64,000 nt of DNA from Desulfovibrio piger (GTDB taxonomy: Bacteria; Bacillota; Clostridia; Lachnospirales; Lachnospiraceae): contig CAVAPS010000006.1 in assembly GCA_963590775.1 (NCBI GenBank), forward strand, positions 15,314-79,313, given 5' to 3'. Below, piece after piece: positions 46,610-57,180 of this stretch (within the stretch, counting starts at the first letter, position 1; every line of letters starts with the position of its first letter). The translations under genes and the position numbers were made by a program. The notes beneath the pieces are model-generated. The model saw only the letters and a program-made list of their open reading frames with translations, did no database searches and was not told where the DNA came from.

Positions 46610-48529
46610 CTATTCTTCTTCTTTGACAACACCCTGAAGTGCCATTTTTAATTTTGCATTATCAGTAAGTTCATCATACTGAGGCAGTCTGCCTACAACG
46701 TTATCAAGCAGCCAGTCCATAGTGATTATATCTTCAGGATCAATAAGCGTTCCTTCTTCAACTCTAACATTGCCCTGCTGGTCTTTTAACTCGCCCTCGA
46801 ACACTCTGAACCTTGCTTCCTTAAGTTCTGTCTCAAACAGCTTTACAAGTCTCTTGGTTGCTGATGGCAGACTCTCTGAATATATAAGGTCAACAACACC
46901 TGCCGACATACCCCACCAGTAATTGAGTGCTTTGACATTATCTCCGTCCTCTTCTTTGCTCCACGAACCACTCATTATGCTCTGGATAAGCTTTTCATAG
47001 AATACACCCCAGTGCCATACAGGCATAGCCAGATGTTTATCTGAGTCACTAGCTTTATACAGACCGAACTTTCTCTTGCTTTTTCCCGGAGTAATCATAT
47101 CCTGATCAGATATAATGCTTATATTCTTCTTTGCAAGATTACCTTCTGAATCATTATCTTTGATACTGTTCCATTCAAGGTAAACCTTAGCTCTTGGATT
47201 AACGAACTTTACTCCCAGTGCAAATGCGTTGATATTAGCACATGCACCATATACCGGATTATCAGCTATATAGCCAACATTATCGTCATCAGCCATACAC
47301 CCAGCAATAATTCCTGTTATAAACTTTGCCTCAAACATTCTCGCATAATACGACCTGATATATTTATGTGAAATGTTAAGCGAACAGTCAAGAATCTTTA
47401 CTGACGGATGTGCTATCGCAGCCTTAAGCCCTGCCATATTCATAGCCGAAGATGTAAGGAATATAAGGTCACAGCCTTTCTTTATAAGTCTGTTAATTGC
47501 CGCCTCATCGCTCTGCTCAGGTGTTACATTCTCTTCAACATAAGTCTCTATCTGGTCGCCAAATGTATCATCAATATACTGTCTTCCAAGTTCATGTGCA
47601 TAGCACCACTCTGAATCCTGCGGTGTCTTTTCATACACAAATCCAACTTTAAGCTTCTTAACTCCGCCACCCATAGGAAGCAGGTAACTTAATATATTCT
47701 TCTTAGGTGCTGCAGCCGGTGTCATCTTAAGTTCTACTTCGCTGTTGTCATCAAGAAGTTCAAACTCAGCCCATGTCTTGGCAACATTCTTTGCCATCTC
47801 TTGCTTAGTCATCTTCTTAACCGCATCATATCCGTGGATATGAATGAATCGTAAAAATGAATCTCCTGTTGGAAAATCAAACTTATCCCCGCCTCTTGAT
47901 TCATATGCAAGCCTGAAATTAAGATAACATGAAACAAGGTCTTTCTTATCGTCCTCATTCATCGGTTCTCCAGGTGTAATTCCCACAAGCTCCATAAGCG
48001 TAGTAAAACTGCCTTCTTTACTGAAATATATATCATTCAGCTTGGTAGACTTATAGAAATCCATGAATTCATAATATATCTTAACATCAGGATCATCACT
48101 GTACTTAGGTATCTTTCTTATAACCTGTGCATTAACCGTCACGGCCCTAAAATACTTAAGCACGCTGACTCTTTTATTACCTTCGAGTACATAGAATTTA
48201 TTCATATACTCATATACTTTAATGTCATCTCTTATTCCCTCATTAACCTGACTGTCGCTTAGCGAAGCCCACTTTGCCGCGAACTCTGTTCCCCAGTCAA
48301 GTATAGGCATGAAGTTGTCTGCAAATGCTGTCGTTCTTCCTGATGTACATGTTCCAACCACAAGTCTTAATGGAATCTGATCACTTCCAAGACTAACTTC
48401 CCTGTCAATACTGTCCTCATCAATAATATCCTCCAGTACCGGAAGATATGGGTAAGTACCCTTATTAACACACGCATGATATTCTTTTTTACCAATCTTA
48501 ACTGCACTAAGATAATCCTGTACTGACAT
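46610..48529 (-). CDS. Cytoplasmic fusion: N-terminal ParB/Srx-like domain + C-terminal BMP/PnrA-like nucleoside-binding domain
   Basis: IKVYEYMNKFYVLEGNKRVSV (ParB/Srx GxxR motif); KVGFVY..DSEWCYAHELGR..NINAFALG..YWWGMSAGVVDL (BMP family); no signal peptide or lipobox. Confidence 0.8.
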   Translation of the reverse strand: MSVQDYLSAVKIGKKEYHACVNKGTYPYLPVLEDIIDEDSIDREVSLGSDQIPLRLVVGTCTSGRTTAFADNFMPILDWGTEFAAKWASLSDSQVNEGIRDDIKVYEYMNKFYVLEGNKRVSVLKYFRAVTVNAQVIRKIPKYSDDPDVKIYYEFMDFYKSTKLNDIYFSKEGSFTTLMELVGITPGEPMNEDDKKDLVSCYLNFRLAYESRGGDKFDFPTGDSFLRFIHIHGYDAVKKMTKQEMAKNVAKTWAEFELLDDNSEVELKMTPAAAPKKNILSYLLPMGGGVKKLKVGFVYEKTPQDSEWCYAHELGRQYIDDTFGDQIETYVEENVTPEQSDEAAINRLIKKGCDLIFLTSSAMNMAGLKAAIAHPSVKILDCSLNISHKYIRSYYARMFEAKFITGIIAGCMADDDNVGYIADNPVYGACANINAFALGVKFVNPRAKVYLEWNSIKDNDSEGNLAKKNISIISDQDMITPGKSKRKFGLYKASDSDKHLAMPVWHWGVFYEKLIQSIMSGSWSKEEDGDNVKALNYWWGMSAGVVDLIYSESLPSATKRLVKLFETELKEARFRVFEGELKDQQGNVRVEEGTLIDPEDIITMDWLLDNVVGRLPQYDELTDNAKLKMALQGVVKEEE

Positions 48530-48783
48530 ATCTTCTACCTTTCCTTTCTGTCTGCATTCTACCCTTTAATGTTCCTGTCCGTAACATTTGCAGACTTGCC
48601 ATATTCATATTTCTACTTACATATATAAAACTATCACATTTTCGTCAAAAAATACACCTTAAAATTGACTTTTGTTAATTATGCTAGTATCTTATTCGGT
48701 AGGCTTGAATTTTTCTATAAATAAGCCTGAACAAATGTACATTAACATATATTTACTAATATGAAACGAGGGAATGAATACAT

Positions 48784-49932
48784 ATGAACATTGAATTTTC
48801 TAAGAGAGCTGACCGTTTTGGCAGCAACATTTTTAATATACTTAATGAGAAGAAGAACGACAGACTTGCACAGGGAAAGCCAGTATATAACTTTACTGTA
48901 GGAACACCTGATTTCAAGCCAGATGAATCCGTTATGAAGGTTGTTTCAGAGGTAGCACTTGACCCTGAGAATTATAAGTACTCACTCGGTGATACTGACG
49001 AACTGCTTGACGCTGTATGCAGATGGTACAAACGCCGTTACAATACGGATATAACACCTGACGAGGTTACATCCGTATTCGGTACTCAAGAAGGTATGGC
49101 GCATATTGCACTTGCTTTATGTAATCCTGGTGATTTATGTTTAGTTCCTAATCCGGGATATCCTATATTCGAGATTGGACCATTCCTGTGTGATGCACAG
49201 ATTGCTTATTATAATCTTCTTCCAGAGAATGATTATCTTATTGATTTTGATTCTATTGATGAAGAGACTGCAAAGAAAGCCAAGATGATGGTTGTATCTT
49301 ATCCACTGAATCCTGTGTGTGCTACTGCACCTGATGAATTCTATGATAAGCTTATCGCATTTGCCAAGAAATATAACATCATTATTATTCATGACAATGC
49401 ATATTCTGAGATTATATATGACGGACAGATTGGCGGCTCATTCTTAAGCCACGAAGGTGCTATGGAAGTCGGTGTTGAATTCAACTCACTTTCTAAGACT
49501 TACAATCTAACAGGTCTGCGTCTCTCATTCCTTATTGGAAATCGCGAAATTGTAAGCAAATTCAAGACTGTCCGCTCACAGTTCGACTACGGAACAAGTC
49601 TTATATATCAGAAGGCTGCTGTTGCTGCACTTAACGGCCCTCAGGATTATGTTGCCGATAACCGTGCTGAATATGAGTTAAGAAGAAATGCTCTCGTTGC
49701 CGGAATTAAGAAGCTCGGTCTTAAGCCTGCCGATGTTAAAGGTACTATGTTCGTATGGGCTGCAATTCCTGACAACTATACCAACTCAGCAGATTATGTT
49801 ATGGAACTTCTTAACAAGACTGGTGTTTTATGTACACCGGGAAGCAGCTTTGGAAGTCTCGGCGAAGGTCATGTAAGATTCGCACTTGTACTTCCTCATG
49901 AGGAGATTGAGAACATATTTGCTAATCTTTAA
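48784..49932 (+). CDS. Class I/II PLP-dependent aminotransferase (LL-DAP/MtnE-like)
   Basis: VGTPDF, PNPGYP, YPLNP, HDNAY, SLSKTYNLTGLR, PGSSFG..GEGHVRFA. Confidence 0.9.
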   Translation: MNIEFSKRADRFGSNIFNILNEKKNDRLAQGKPVYNFTVGTPDFKPDESVMKVVSEVALDPENYKYSLGDTDELLDAVCRWYKRRYNTDITPDEVTSVFGTQEGMAHIALALCNPGDLCLVPNPGYPIFEIGPFLCDAQIAYYNLLPENDYLIDFDSIDEETAKKAKMMVVSYPLNPVCATAPDEFYDKLIAFAKKYNIIIIHDNAYSEIIYDGQIGGSFLSHEGAMEVGVEFNSLSKTYNLTGLRLSFLIGNREIVSKFKTVRSQFDYGTSLIYQKAAVAALNGPQDYVADNRAEYELRRNALVAGIKKLGLKPADVKGTMFVWAAIPDNYTNSADYVMELLNKTGVLCTPGSSFGSLGEGHVRFALVLPHEEIENIFANL

Positions 49933-49953
49933 TTAAAACATATAAATGCATAC

Positions 49954-49991
49954 AAAAACCCCGTATCCTGTATATACAGAATACGGGGTTT
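49954..49991. terminator. Bidirectional terminator between aminotransferase and eda
   Basis: AAACCCCGTAT..ATACGGGGTTT. Confidence 0.8.
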
Positions 49992-50042
49992 ATATGTATC
50001 TGTGATATTAACGATTAATCACTAAAGATTATTCACTAATAA

Positions 50043-50681
50043 TTAGCCACGGATTTTCTTAACAAGAGCAACAGCCTCTGCTGTCATATCCTTAATCTTG
50101 TCGAATTCGCCAGCCTTAATCATATCACCCTTAACCATCCATGATCCACCACAGCAGAAGATCTTATCGCATGATAAGAATTCTTCAAGGTTAGATGTGT
50201 TGATACCACCTGTAGGCATGATTCTTACTGTTGTGTAAGCTGAGCACATAGCCTTGATCATCTTGATTCCGCCTGCAGCTGTAGCTGGGAAGAATTTAAC
50301 TCTTGTAAGGCCTCTCTTAACAGCCTGTGCAAGCTCTGAAGGTGTAACGATACCTGGCATAACAGGAATGTTCTTAGAAATACAGTAATCAACGATTTCT
50401 GGATCAAATCCTGGGCTTACGATAACTGAAGCACCAGCTGCTACAGCTCTGTCAACCTGCTCTGTTGTAAGTACTGTACCTGCTGCAAGTACCATATCTG
50501 GATATGCTTCATGCATAAGACGGATAGATTCCTCAGCTGCTGCTGTACGGAATGTAACCTCTGCACATGGAAGACCACCCTCAACTAAAGCCTTAGCTAA
50601 TGGAAGTGCATCTTTAGCATCATTCAATACTACTACTGGAATTACTCCAAGTTCTTCAAATTTGTCTGCAATATTGCTCAT
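50043..50681 (-). CDS. eda: KDPG/KHG aldolase
   Basis: AEVTFRT, AGTVL, VSPG, TPSE, VKFFPA, MPTGGI, GGSW. Confidence 0.95.
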   Translation of the reverse strand: MSNIADKFEELGVIPVVVLNDAKDALPLAKALVEGGLPCAEVTFRTAAAEESIRLMHEAYPDMVLAAGTVLTTEQVDRAVAAGASVIVSPGFDPEIVDYCISKNIPVMPGIVTPSELAQAVKRGLTRVKFFPATAAGGIKMIKAMCSAYTTVRIMPTGGINTSNLEEFLSCDKIFCCGGSWMVKGDMIKAGEFDKIKDMTAEAVALVKKIRG

Positions 50682-50750
50682 AATAATATAGACTCCTTTC
50701 ATATTCCCTCAATCCTGAGGATAATTTTGTCCGCAAATATTCTATCACAC

Positions 50751-52076
50751 TTATGACAAAACAACAACCTTTTTCCTTTTTTTCTCACTAAGCACCATTA
50801 TAAGCATTATAAATGTTGTAAGACCCTCGGCAACAGCATACGCAAGCCACACTCCTGTCATGCCAAAAAATGCCGACATAACAAAAACTGTGCCTACAAT
50901 AAGGACAAATCCTCTTGCCACAGAAACAACCGCTGCTTTAACAGCATCTTCAGTAGCACTGAATGCGCCACCGCCTACAATATTGATTCCTGCAAAGAAT
51001 ATTCCAATAAAGTATAACTTAACGCCATCCGTTGCATATATTCTTAACATTTCTGAACCTTCACTGTTAAATACAGCAACAAACTTCCCTGCAAATATAA
51101 ACAGTACACTATACATAACTGCTGCAAGGACAAAAGCTGTTATATAACCCATACGTTTTAACTGTGCGCATCCAGCCTTGTCACCCTTACCAAAGCAGCT
51201 GCTTATAAGCGGCTGGCTTCCCTGTGCAACACCGTTAAATACCGCGGTTGTGACAATCGCAATATTAGCCACAACTCCATATGCTGCGACTCCTACATTA
51301 CCGGTCAGCTTAAGAATTACGAAATTAAAAGCAAGTGTGATAACTGCTGACGACATCTCTCCTACAAATGCTGATACTCCGAGCTGGCTTCCTGCCACAA
51401 GTCTCTTAACAGATGGTCTGCACATAACCAGCTTAACGCTGCTTTTCTTGGAGAAGAAATGTATACAGCATATTCCCATTCCTATAATAGGCGAAAGTGC
51501 TGTCGCAAGTGCTGCACCTTCCATTCCCAGATTCATAGGAAACATAAGAATATAATCAAATACAATATTAAACAGACTGCTGAAAAGTGTAGCACTCATG
51601 GCAATTCCCGGTGCTCCATCATTTCTTACAAATGCATTGGTTACATAATTGCACATAAACATCGGTGCAAAGCACATGAATATCTTAGTATAATTATTAC
51701 CAACCGATATAATATGCTCGTCAGCGCCAAGAATCCGCATAATATCTGCCGAAAAGAATATGCCTGCAAGAACAAATATTACACTTATCATAATGCACCA
51801 TATTAACGCATTCCAGAAATATCTGTCAGCATCTGCATCTTTCTTAATCTTTCCAATTGCATACCTTATAGCTGAACCTACACCAATCATTTCACCGATT
51901 GAGAATATTATGCTGTATAACGGCATAACAAGATTCAATGCAGTAAGTCCGTCTGCTCCCTTTGCTACAGATATAAAATATGAGTCAGCAAGAACATAGC
52001 ATGAAAATCCTATCATTCCAAGGATATTCTGTGATACATATTTAGAAAAATTCTTTCTATTCTCCGCTCTGCTCAT
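50751..52076 (-). CDS. MATE-family efflux transporter
   Basis: 12-TM pattern; LADSYFIS, FVRNDGAP, NIVFDY..GMEGAALAT, GMTGVWLA. Confidence 0.92.
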   Translation of the reverse strand: MSRAENRKNFSKYVSQNILGMIGFSCYVLADSYFISVAKGADGLTALNLVMPLYSIIFSIGEMIGVGSAIRYAIGKIKKDADADRYFWNALIWCIMISVIFVLAGIFFSADIMRILGADEHIISVGNNYTKIFMCFAPMFMCNYVTNAFVRNDGAPGIAMSATLFSSLFNIVFDYILMFPMNLGMEGAALATALSPIIGMGICCIHFFSKKSSVKLVMCRPSVKRLVAGSQLGVSAFVGEMSSAVITLAFNFVILKLTGNVGVAAYGVVANIAIVTTAVFNGVAQGSQPLISSCFGKGDKAGCAQLKRMGYITAFVLAAVMYSVLFIFAGKFVAVFNSEGSEMLRIYATDGVKLYFIGIFFAGINIVGGGAFSATEDAVKAAVVSVARGFVLIVGTVFVMSAFFGMTGVWLAYAVAEGLTTFIMLIMVLSEKKRKKVVVLS

Positions 52077-52109
52077 CTATCTCTCCTTAATTCTATAAAT
52101 ATAAGTCAC

Positions 52110-52133
52110 AAAAACGGCTCCCGTCGGGAGCCG
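52110..52133 (-). terminator. Terminator after upp
   Basis: CGGCTCCC..GGGAGCCG stem with T5 on the minus strand. Confidence 0.8.
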
Positions 52134-52183
52134 CATTAATATACTGTTATAATTCTTAATAATAATTAACTGACATACTGTAA

Positions 52184-52831
52184 TTACTTAGTACCGAAGA
52201 TTCTGTCTCCTGCATCACCAAGTCCCGGGCAGATATAAGCATCTGCATTAAGTTCTCTGTCAAGATGTCCAACATATATCTGTACATCAGGATGTGCCTT
52301 ATGAAGTCTCTCAACTCCCTCTGGAGCTGCTATGATACACATAAACTTAATCTGCTTTCCACCAACCTTCTTAATCTGGTCAATGGCATCTACTGCTGAA
52401 CCACCTGTTGCAAGCATTGGATCTGTTACAACAATTGTTCTTTCCTCAATTGGATTAGGAAGCTTGCAGTAATAAGGTACAGGCTCATGTGTCTCTTCGT
52501 TACGGTACATTCCGATATGACCAACCTTAGCTGTTGGTACAAGTGAAAGAACACCTGGAACCATACCAAGACCAGCTCTTAAGATAGGAACGATTGCAAG
52601 CTTACGACCTGAAATCATAGGAGTCATGCATGTCTCGATAGGTGTCTCAATCTCAACATCTTCTGTTGGAAGGTCTGATAAAGCCTCAAAACCTTCAAGC
52701 ATGGCTATCTCTTCAACAAGCTTTCTGAATTCATTAGTTCCTGTCTTCTTATCTCTAAGGATAGAAATCTTATGCTGGATAAGTGGATGTGTAAATATAG
52801 TTACATTCTTTTCGTTCTGAAAATCCATCAT
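52184..52831 (-). CDS. upp: Uracil phosphoribosyltransferase
   Basis: [40 protein letters not shown]. Confidence 0.97.
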   Translation of the reverse strand: MMDFQNEKNVTIFTHPLIQHKISILRDKKTGTNEFRKLVEEIAMLEGFEALSDLPTEDVEIETPIETCMTPMISGRKLAIVPILRAGLGMVPGVLSLVPTAKVGHIGMYRNEETHEPVPYYCKLPNPIEERTIVVTDPMLATGGSAVDAIDQIKKVGGKQIKFMCIIAAPEGVERLHKAHPDVQIYVGHLDRELNADAYICPGLGDAGDRIFGTK

Positions 52832-52894
52832 TATAAAAGTACCTCCAAATTTTATTGTTAATTACTACTGTAATCTGATATCTATACTCTAATA

Positions 52895-54322
52895 TTACTT
52901 ATCATCTTCTGATTCTTCTTTTTCAGAGTCTGTATTCATAACATAAACTCCACGGCTGCTGTCACCTGATGGATTCTTGCCGAATTCATAATCATTGCCA
53001 GGTAATATAGCGTTAAGAAGAATACCTGCTATAGCAGCGATTGCGAGTGCTGTAAGTGTTATAGATGTTCCGCCGATTGTGAATGTAAGTCCATCACCGA
53101 AACCTAAACCACATACGAATATAACACCTGCAATAATAAGGTTTCTTGACTTAGTAAGGTCAACCTTATTCTCAACGACATTTCTTACACCTATAGATGA
53201 AATCATACCATAAAGCATGAATGATACACCACCGATAATTGCTGTTGGCATAGTTGATATAATTGATGAAAACTTAGGTATGAATGAAAGTATAATTGCA
53301 AATACTGCTGCAATTCTGATTACTCTTGGATCATATACCTTAGAAAGTTCAAGAACTCCTGTGTTCTCACCATATGTAGTATTAGCTGGTCCACCGATTG
53401 CTCCTGCAAATGCTGTGGCAACACCATCACCGATAAGTGTTCTGTGAAGTCCTGGATCTGATAAATAATTTTCTTCAACTGTAGCTGAAATAGCTGACAT
53501 ATCTCCGATATGCTCCATCATTGTTGCAATAGCAATAGGTGCCATTACAAGGATTGCTGTAAGGTCAAACTTCATGAACTGGAAGTTAGGAACTCCAACC
53601 CATGCAGATGAAGATATTGCTGAGAAATTAAGTATTGCTGAACCATCAGGATTATGTACTCCGCATGCATTAAGAATAAGTGCAAACACATATGAAATTA
53701 CTACGCCCATGAGAATAGGAATAATCTTGAAAAGTCCCTTGCCCCATATATTGAATATAATAATTACAGCAAGTGCAACAAATGCAAGCAACCAGTTAGT
53801 TGAAGCATTTGAAATAGCTGAACCTGCAAGTGAAAGACCGATACAGATAATGATAGGTCCTGTAACTACAGGTGGAAGAAATTTCATAACTCTGTTAACT
53901 CCGACAAGCTTGATTATAAGTGCAAGTACGAAGTAAAGCATTCCGGCAACGAATATACCACCGCATGCATAAGCGGCCTTATCATTAGCTGACATTGTTG
54001 CATACATACTGCTGTCAAGATTGGCTACTGTGTAGAATCCACCAAGAAATGCGAAGGAAGATCCTAAGAATGCAGGTACTTTGAATTTAGTACACAGGTG
54101 GAATATCAATGTACCAAAACCTGCACAGAAAAGTGTTACTGATACAGACAGACCTCTGGTAAGTTCCTCACCGCAGGCAGCCTGAAAATATCCTGATACC
54201 AGAATAGGTACAAGGATAGTTGCGCCAAACATGGCAAACATATGCTGAATACCAAGAATTAGCATCTTTGCTTTACCAAGTTTTCTGGCATCGCGAATAG
54301 GTTCCATTTTCTTTTGTTCCAT
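52895..54322 (-). CDS. uraA: NCS2 uracil/xanthine permease
   Basis: QHMFAMFGAT, FLGSSFAF, PPVVTG, EHIGD, NTTYGENTG. Confidence 0.9.
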   Translation of the reverse strand: MEQKKMEPIRDARKLGKAKMLILGIQHMFAMFGATILVPILVSGYFQAACGEELTRGLSVSVTLFCAGFGTLIFHLCTKFKVPAFLGSSFAFLGGFYTVANLDSSMYATMSANDKAAYACGGIFVAGMLYFVLALIIKLVGVNRVMKFLPPVVTGPIIICIGLSLAGSAISNASTNWLLAFVALAVIIIFNIWGKGLFKIIPILMGVVISYVFALILNACGVHNPDGSAILNFSAISSSAWVGVPNFQFMKFDLTAILVMAPIAIATMMEHIGDMSAISATVEENYLSDPGLHRTLIGDGVATAFAGAIGGPANTTYGENTGVLELSKVYDPRVIRIAAVFAIILSFIPKFSSIISTMPTAIIGGVSFMLYGMISSIGVRNVVENKVDLTKSRNLIIAGVIFVCGLGFGDGLTFTIGGTSITLTALAIAAIAGILLNAILPGNDYEFGKNPSGDSSRGVYVMNTDSEKEESEDDK

Positions 54323-54432
54323 AATACGCTCCAATCGATTATTATTTTCATATTATTATAGAACATATTAGGATTTAGGGCAATGAGAAATTATTCCTTT
54401 TCATATTCATTTTTCTAGTTCATTATAAAACA

Positions 54433-54472
54433 TTTCGGGGCATGAAAGACTTTCGCCTTCCATGCCCCGAAA
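54433..54472 (-). terminator. Terminator of ppdK
   Basis: TTTCGGGGCATG..CATGCCCCGAAA stem. Confidence 0.8.
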
Positions 54473-54496
54473 CTCGTGTTATGGTCAGAAATTGGA

Positions 54497-57127
54497 TTAT
54501 TTCTCTTCCGCAATAGCAGCCTGTGCTGCTGCAAGTCTTGCAATAGGTACTCTGAATGGTGAGCAGCTTACATAATCAAGACCAATCTTGTGGCAGAATG
54601 CAACTGATGAAGGATCTCCACCATGCTCTCCGCAGATGCCTATGTGAAGATTCGGATTAACCGGTCTTCCAAGCTTTATTGTCATCTCCATAAGTTTACC
54701 TACACCATTCTGGTCAAGTTTTGCAAATGGATCATTCTCAAATATCTTAGATTCGTAGTATGCATTAAGGAACTTGCCTGCATCATCTCTTGAGAAACCG
54801 AATGTCATCTGTGTAAGGTCGTTAGTACCGAAGCAGAAGAAATCAGCTTCCTTAGCTATCTCATCCGCAGTAAGTGCTGCTCTTGGAATCTCAATCATAG
54901 TACCAACCTCATATTCAAGGTCAATTCCTGAAGCCTTAATCTCCTCGTCTGCTGTCTCAACAACAATTTTCTTAACATACTTTAATTCCTTAACCTCACA
55001 GATAAGTGGAATCATAATCTCAGGCTTAACATTCCAGTCAGGATGTGTCTTCTTAACATTTATTGCAGCCCTTATTACAGCTCTTGTCTGCATCTTGGCA
55101 ATCTCTGGATATGTCACTGCAAGACGGCAGCCTCTGTGTCCCATCATTGGATTAAATTCATGAAGACCTGCAATAATAGTCTTGATAGTCTCTACTGACT
55201 TGCCCTGTGCATCTGCTAACTTCTTAATATCCTCTTCCTCTGTAGGAACGAATTCATGAAGAGGTGGATCAAGAAATCTTATAGTTACCGGATTACCCTC
55301 AAGAGCCTCATAAAGTGCTTCGAAGTCTCCCTGCTGATATGGAAGAATCTTATCAAGTGCTGCTTCTCTTTCTTCTACGGTATCAGAGCATATCATCTCT
55401 CTGAATGCTGCAATTCTGTCCTCTTCAAAGAACATATGCTCAGTACGGCAAAGACCAATACCCTCTGCTCCAAGCTCTCTTGCTTTCTTGGCATCCTTAG
55501 GAGTATCAGCATTAGTACGAACCTTTAACTTTCTATACTTATCAGCCCACTCCATAACTCTTCCGAACTCTCCTGCAATCTTGGCATCAACTGTAGGAAT
55601 CTGTCCATCATATATATTACCTGTTGTACCATCAATAGAGATATAATCTCCCTCATGGTATTCCTTGCCAGCAAGTGTAAACTTCTTGTTAGCCTCGTCC
55701 ATTGCAATGTCACCACATCCTGATACACAGCATGTACCCATTCCTCTTGCAACTACGGCTGCATGGCTTGTCATACCACCTCTTACAGTAAGAATACCCT
55801 GTGAAGCCTTCATACCTGTAATATCTTCCGGTGAAGTCTCAAGTCTTACAAGAACAACCTTTTCTCCTCTTGCATTCCATGCTTCAGCATCCTCTGCTGA
55901 GAATACAATCTTACCGCAGGCAGCACCAGGAGATGCTCCAAGACCTCTTCCTGCAGGTGTTGCAGCCTTAAGTGCAGCAGCATCAAACTGTGGATGAAGA
56001 AGTGTATCAAGATTACGGGGATCTATCATTGCAACTGCTTCCTTCTCAGTTCTCATGCCCTCATCTACAAGGTCACAGGCAATCTTTAATGCAGCCTGTG
56101 CTGTTCTCTTACCATTACGAGTCTGTAACATGAACAGTTTGCCATGTTCAACTGTAAATTCCATATCCTGCATATCTCTGTAATGTTCTTCCAGAGTTAC
56201 ACACACCTTCTTGAACTGTTCAAATGCTTCTGGGAACTTCTCGCTCATCTCCTGGATATGCATTGGAGTTCTTACACCAGCAACAACATCTTCACCCTGT
56301 GCATTAGTAAGGAATTCTCCAAAAAGTCCTTTAGCACCTGTAGCAGGATCTCTTGTAAATGCAACACCAGTTCCACAGTCATCTCCCATATTACCAAATG
56401 CCATAGACTGTACATTAACTGCTGTTCCCCAAGAATAAGGAATATCATTGTCTCTTCTATATACATTAGCTCTTGGATTGTCCCATGAACGGAATACAGC
56501 CTTAATAGCTCCATATAACTGTTCCTTAGGATCATCTGGGAAATCCTTGCCTATCTTAGACTTATATTCAGCCTTAAACTGTGTTGCAAGTTCCTTAAGA
56601 TCATCTGCTGTAAGCTCTACATCAAGCTTAACCCCTCTCTCATCCTTCATCTTGTCGATAAGCTCTTCAAAATATTTCTTACCAACTTCCATAACAACAT
56701 CTGAATACATCTGAATGAATCTTCTGTAGCAGTCCCATGCCCATCTTGGATTGCCAGACTTCTGTGCAATAACATTAACAACATCCTCATTAAGTCCAAG
56801 ATTAAGAATAGTATCCATCATACCTGGCATTGAAGCTCTTGCTCCAGAACGAACAGAAACTAAAAGCGGATTCTCCATATCTCCAAACTTCTTGCCTGTA
56901 ATCTGTTCCATCTTCTCGATATGTTCGTTAATCTGTCCCATGATCTCATCATTGATCTCTCTACCATCCTCGTAATACTGGGTACAAGCTTCTGTTGTAA
57001 TTGTGAATCCCTGAGGTACAGGAAGACCAATATTAGTCATCTCTGCCAGGTTAGCACCTTTACCACCAAGAAGCTCACGCATATCTGCGTTACCCTCTGT
57101 GAATAAATACACCCATTTCTTACCCAT
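54497..57127 (-). CDS. ppdK: Pyruvate, phosphate dikinase
   Basis: LGGKGANLAEM, SVRSGA..SMPGMMDT, GGMTSHAAVVAR, GTNDLTQ, ICGEHGG. Confidence 0.98.
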   Translation of the reverse strand: MGKKWVYLFTEGNADMRELLGGKGANLAEMTNIGLPVPQGFTITTEACTQYYEDGREINDEIMGQINEHIEKMEQITGKKFGDMENPLLVSVRSGARASMPGMMDTILNLGLNEDVVNVIAQKSGNPRWAWDCYRRFIQMYSDVVMEVGKKYFEELIDKMKDERGVKLDVELTADDLKELATQFKAEYKSKIGKDFPDDPKEQLYGAIKAVFRSWDNPRANVYRRDNDIPYSWGTAVNVQSMAFGNMGDDCGTGVAFTRDPATGAKGLFGEFLTNAQGEDVVAGVRTPMHIQEMSEKFPEAFEQFKKVCVTLEEHYRDMQDMEFTVEHGKLFMLQTRNGKRTAQAALKIACDLVDEGMRTEKEAVAMIDPRNLDTLLHPQFDAAALKAATPAGRGLGASPGAACGKIVFSAEDAEAWNARGEKVVLVRLETSPEDITGMKASQGILTVRGGMTSHAAVVARGMGTCCVSGCGDIAMDEANKKFTLAGKEYHEGDYISIDGTTGNIYDGQIPTVDAKIAGEFGRVMEWADKYRKLKVRTNADTPKDAKKARELGAEGIGLCRTEHMFFEEDRIAAFREMICSDTVEEREAALDKILPYQQGDFEALYEALEGNPVTIRFLDPPLHEFVPTEEEDIKKLADAQGKSVETIKTIIAGLHEFNPMMGHRGCRLAVTYPEIAKMQTRAVIRAAINVKKTHPDWNVKPEIMIPLICEVKELKYVKKIVVETADEEIKASGIDLEYEVGTMIEIPRAALTADEIAKEADFFCFGTNDLTQMTFGFSRDDAGKFLNAYYESKIFENDPFAKLDQNGVGKLMEMTIKLGRPVNPNLHIGICGEHGGDPSSVAFCHKIGLDYVSCSPFRVPIARLAAAQAAIAEEK

Positions 57128-57180
57128 AACAAAACCTCCATAGTTTAATATTCAGTTATTCAATTTGTCCATCTCTTGGC

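Noticed and set aside
54323..54432. PyrR attenuator upstream of uraA-upp
   Set aside because: No AGTCCAGAGAG-like PyrR binding loop or leader terminator seen.
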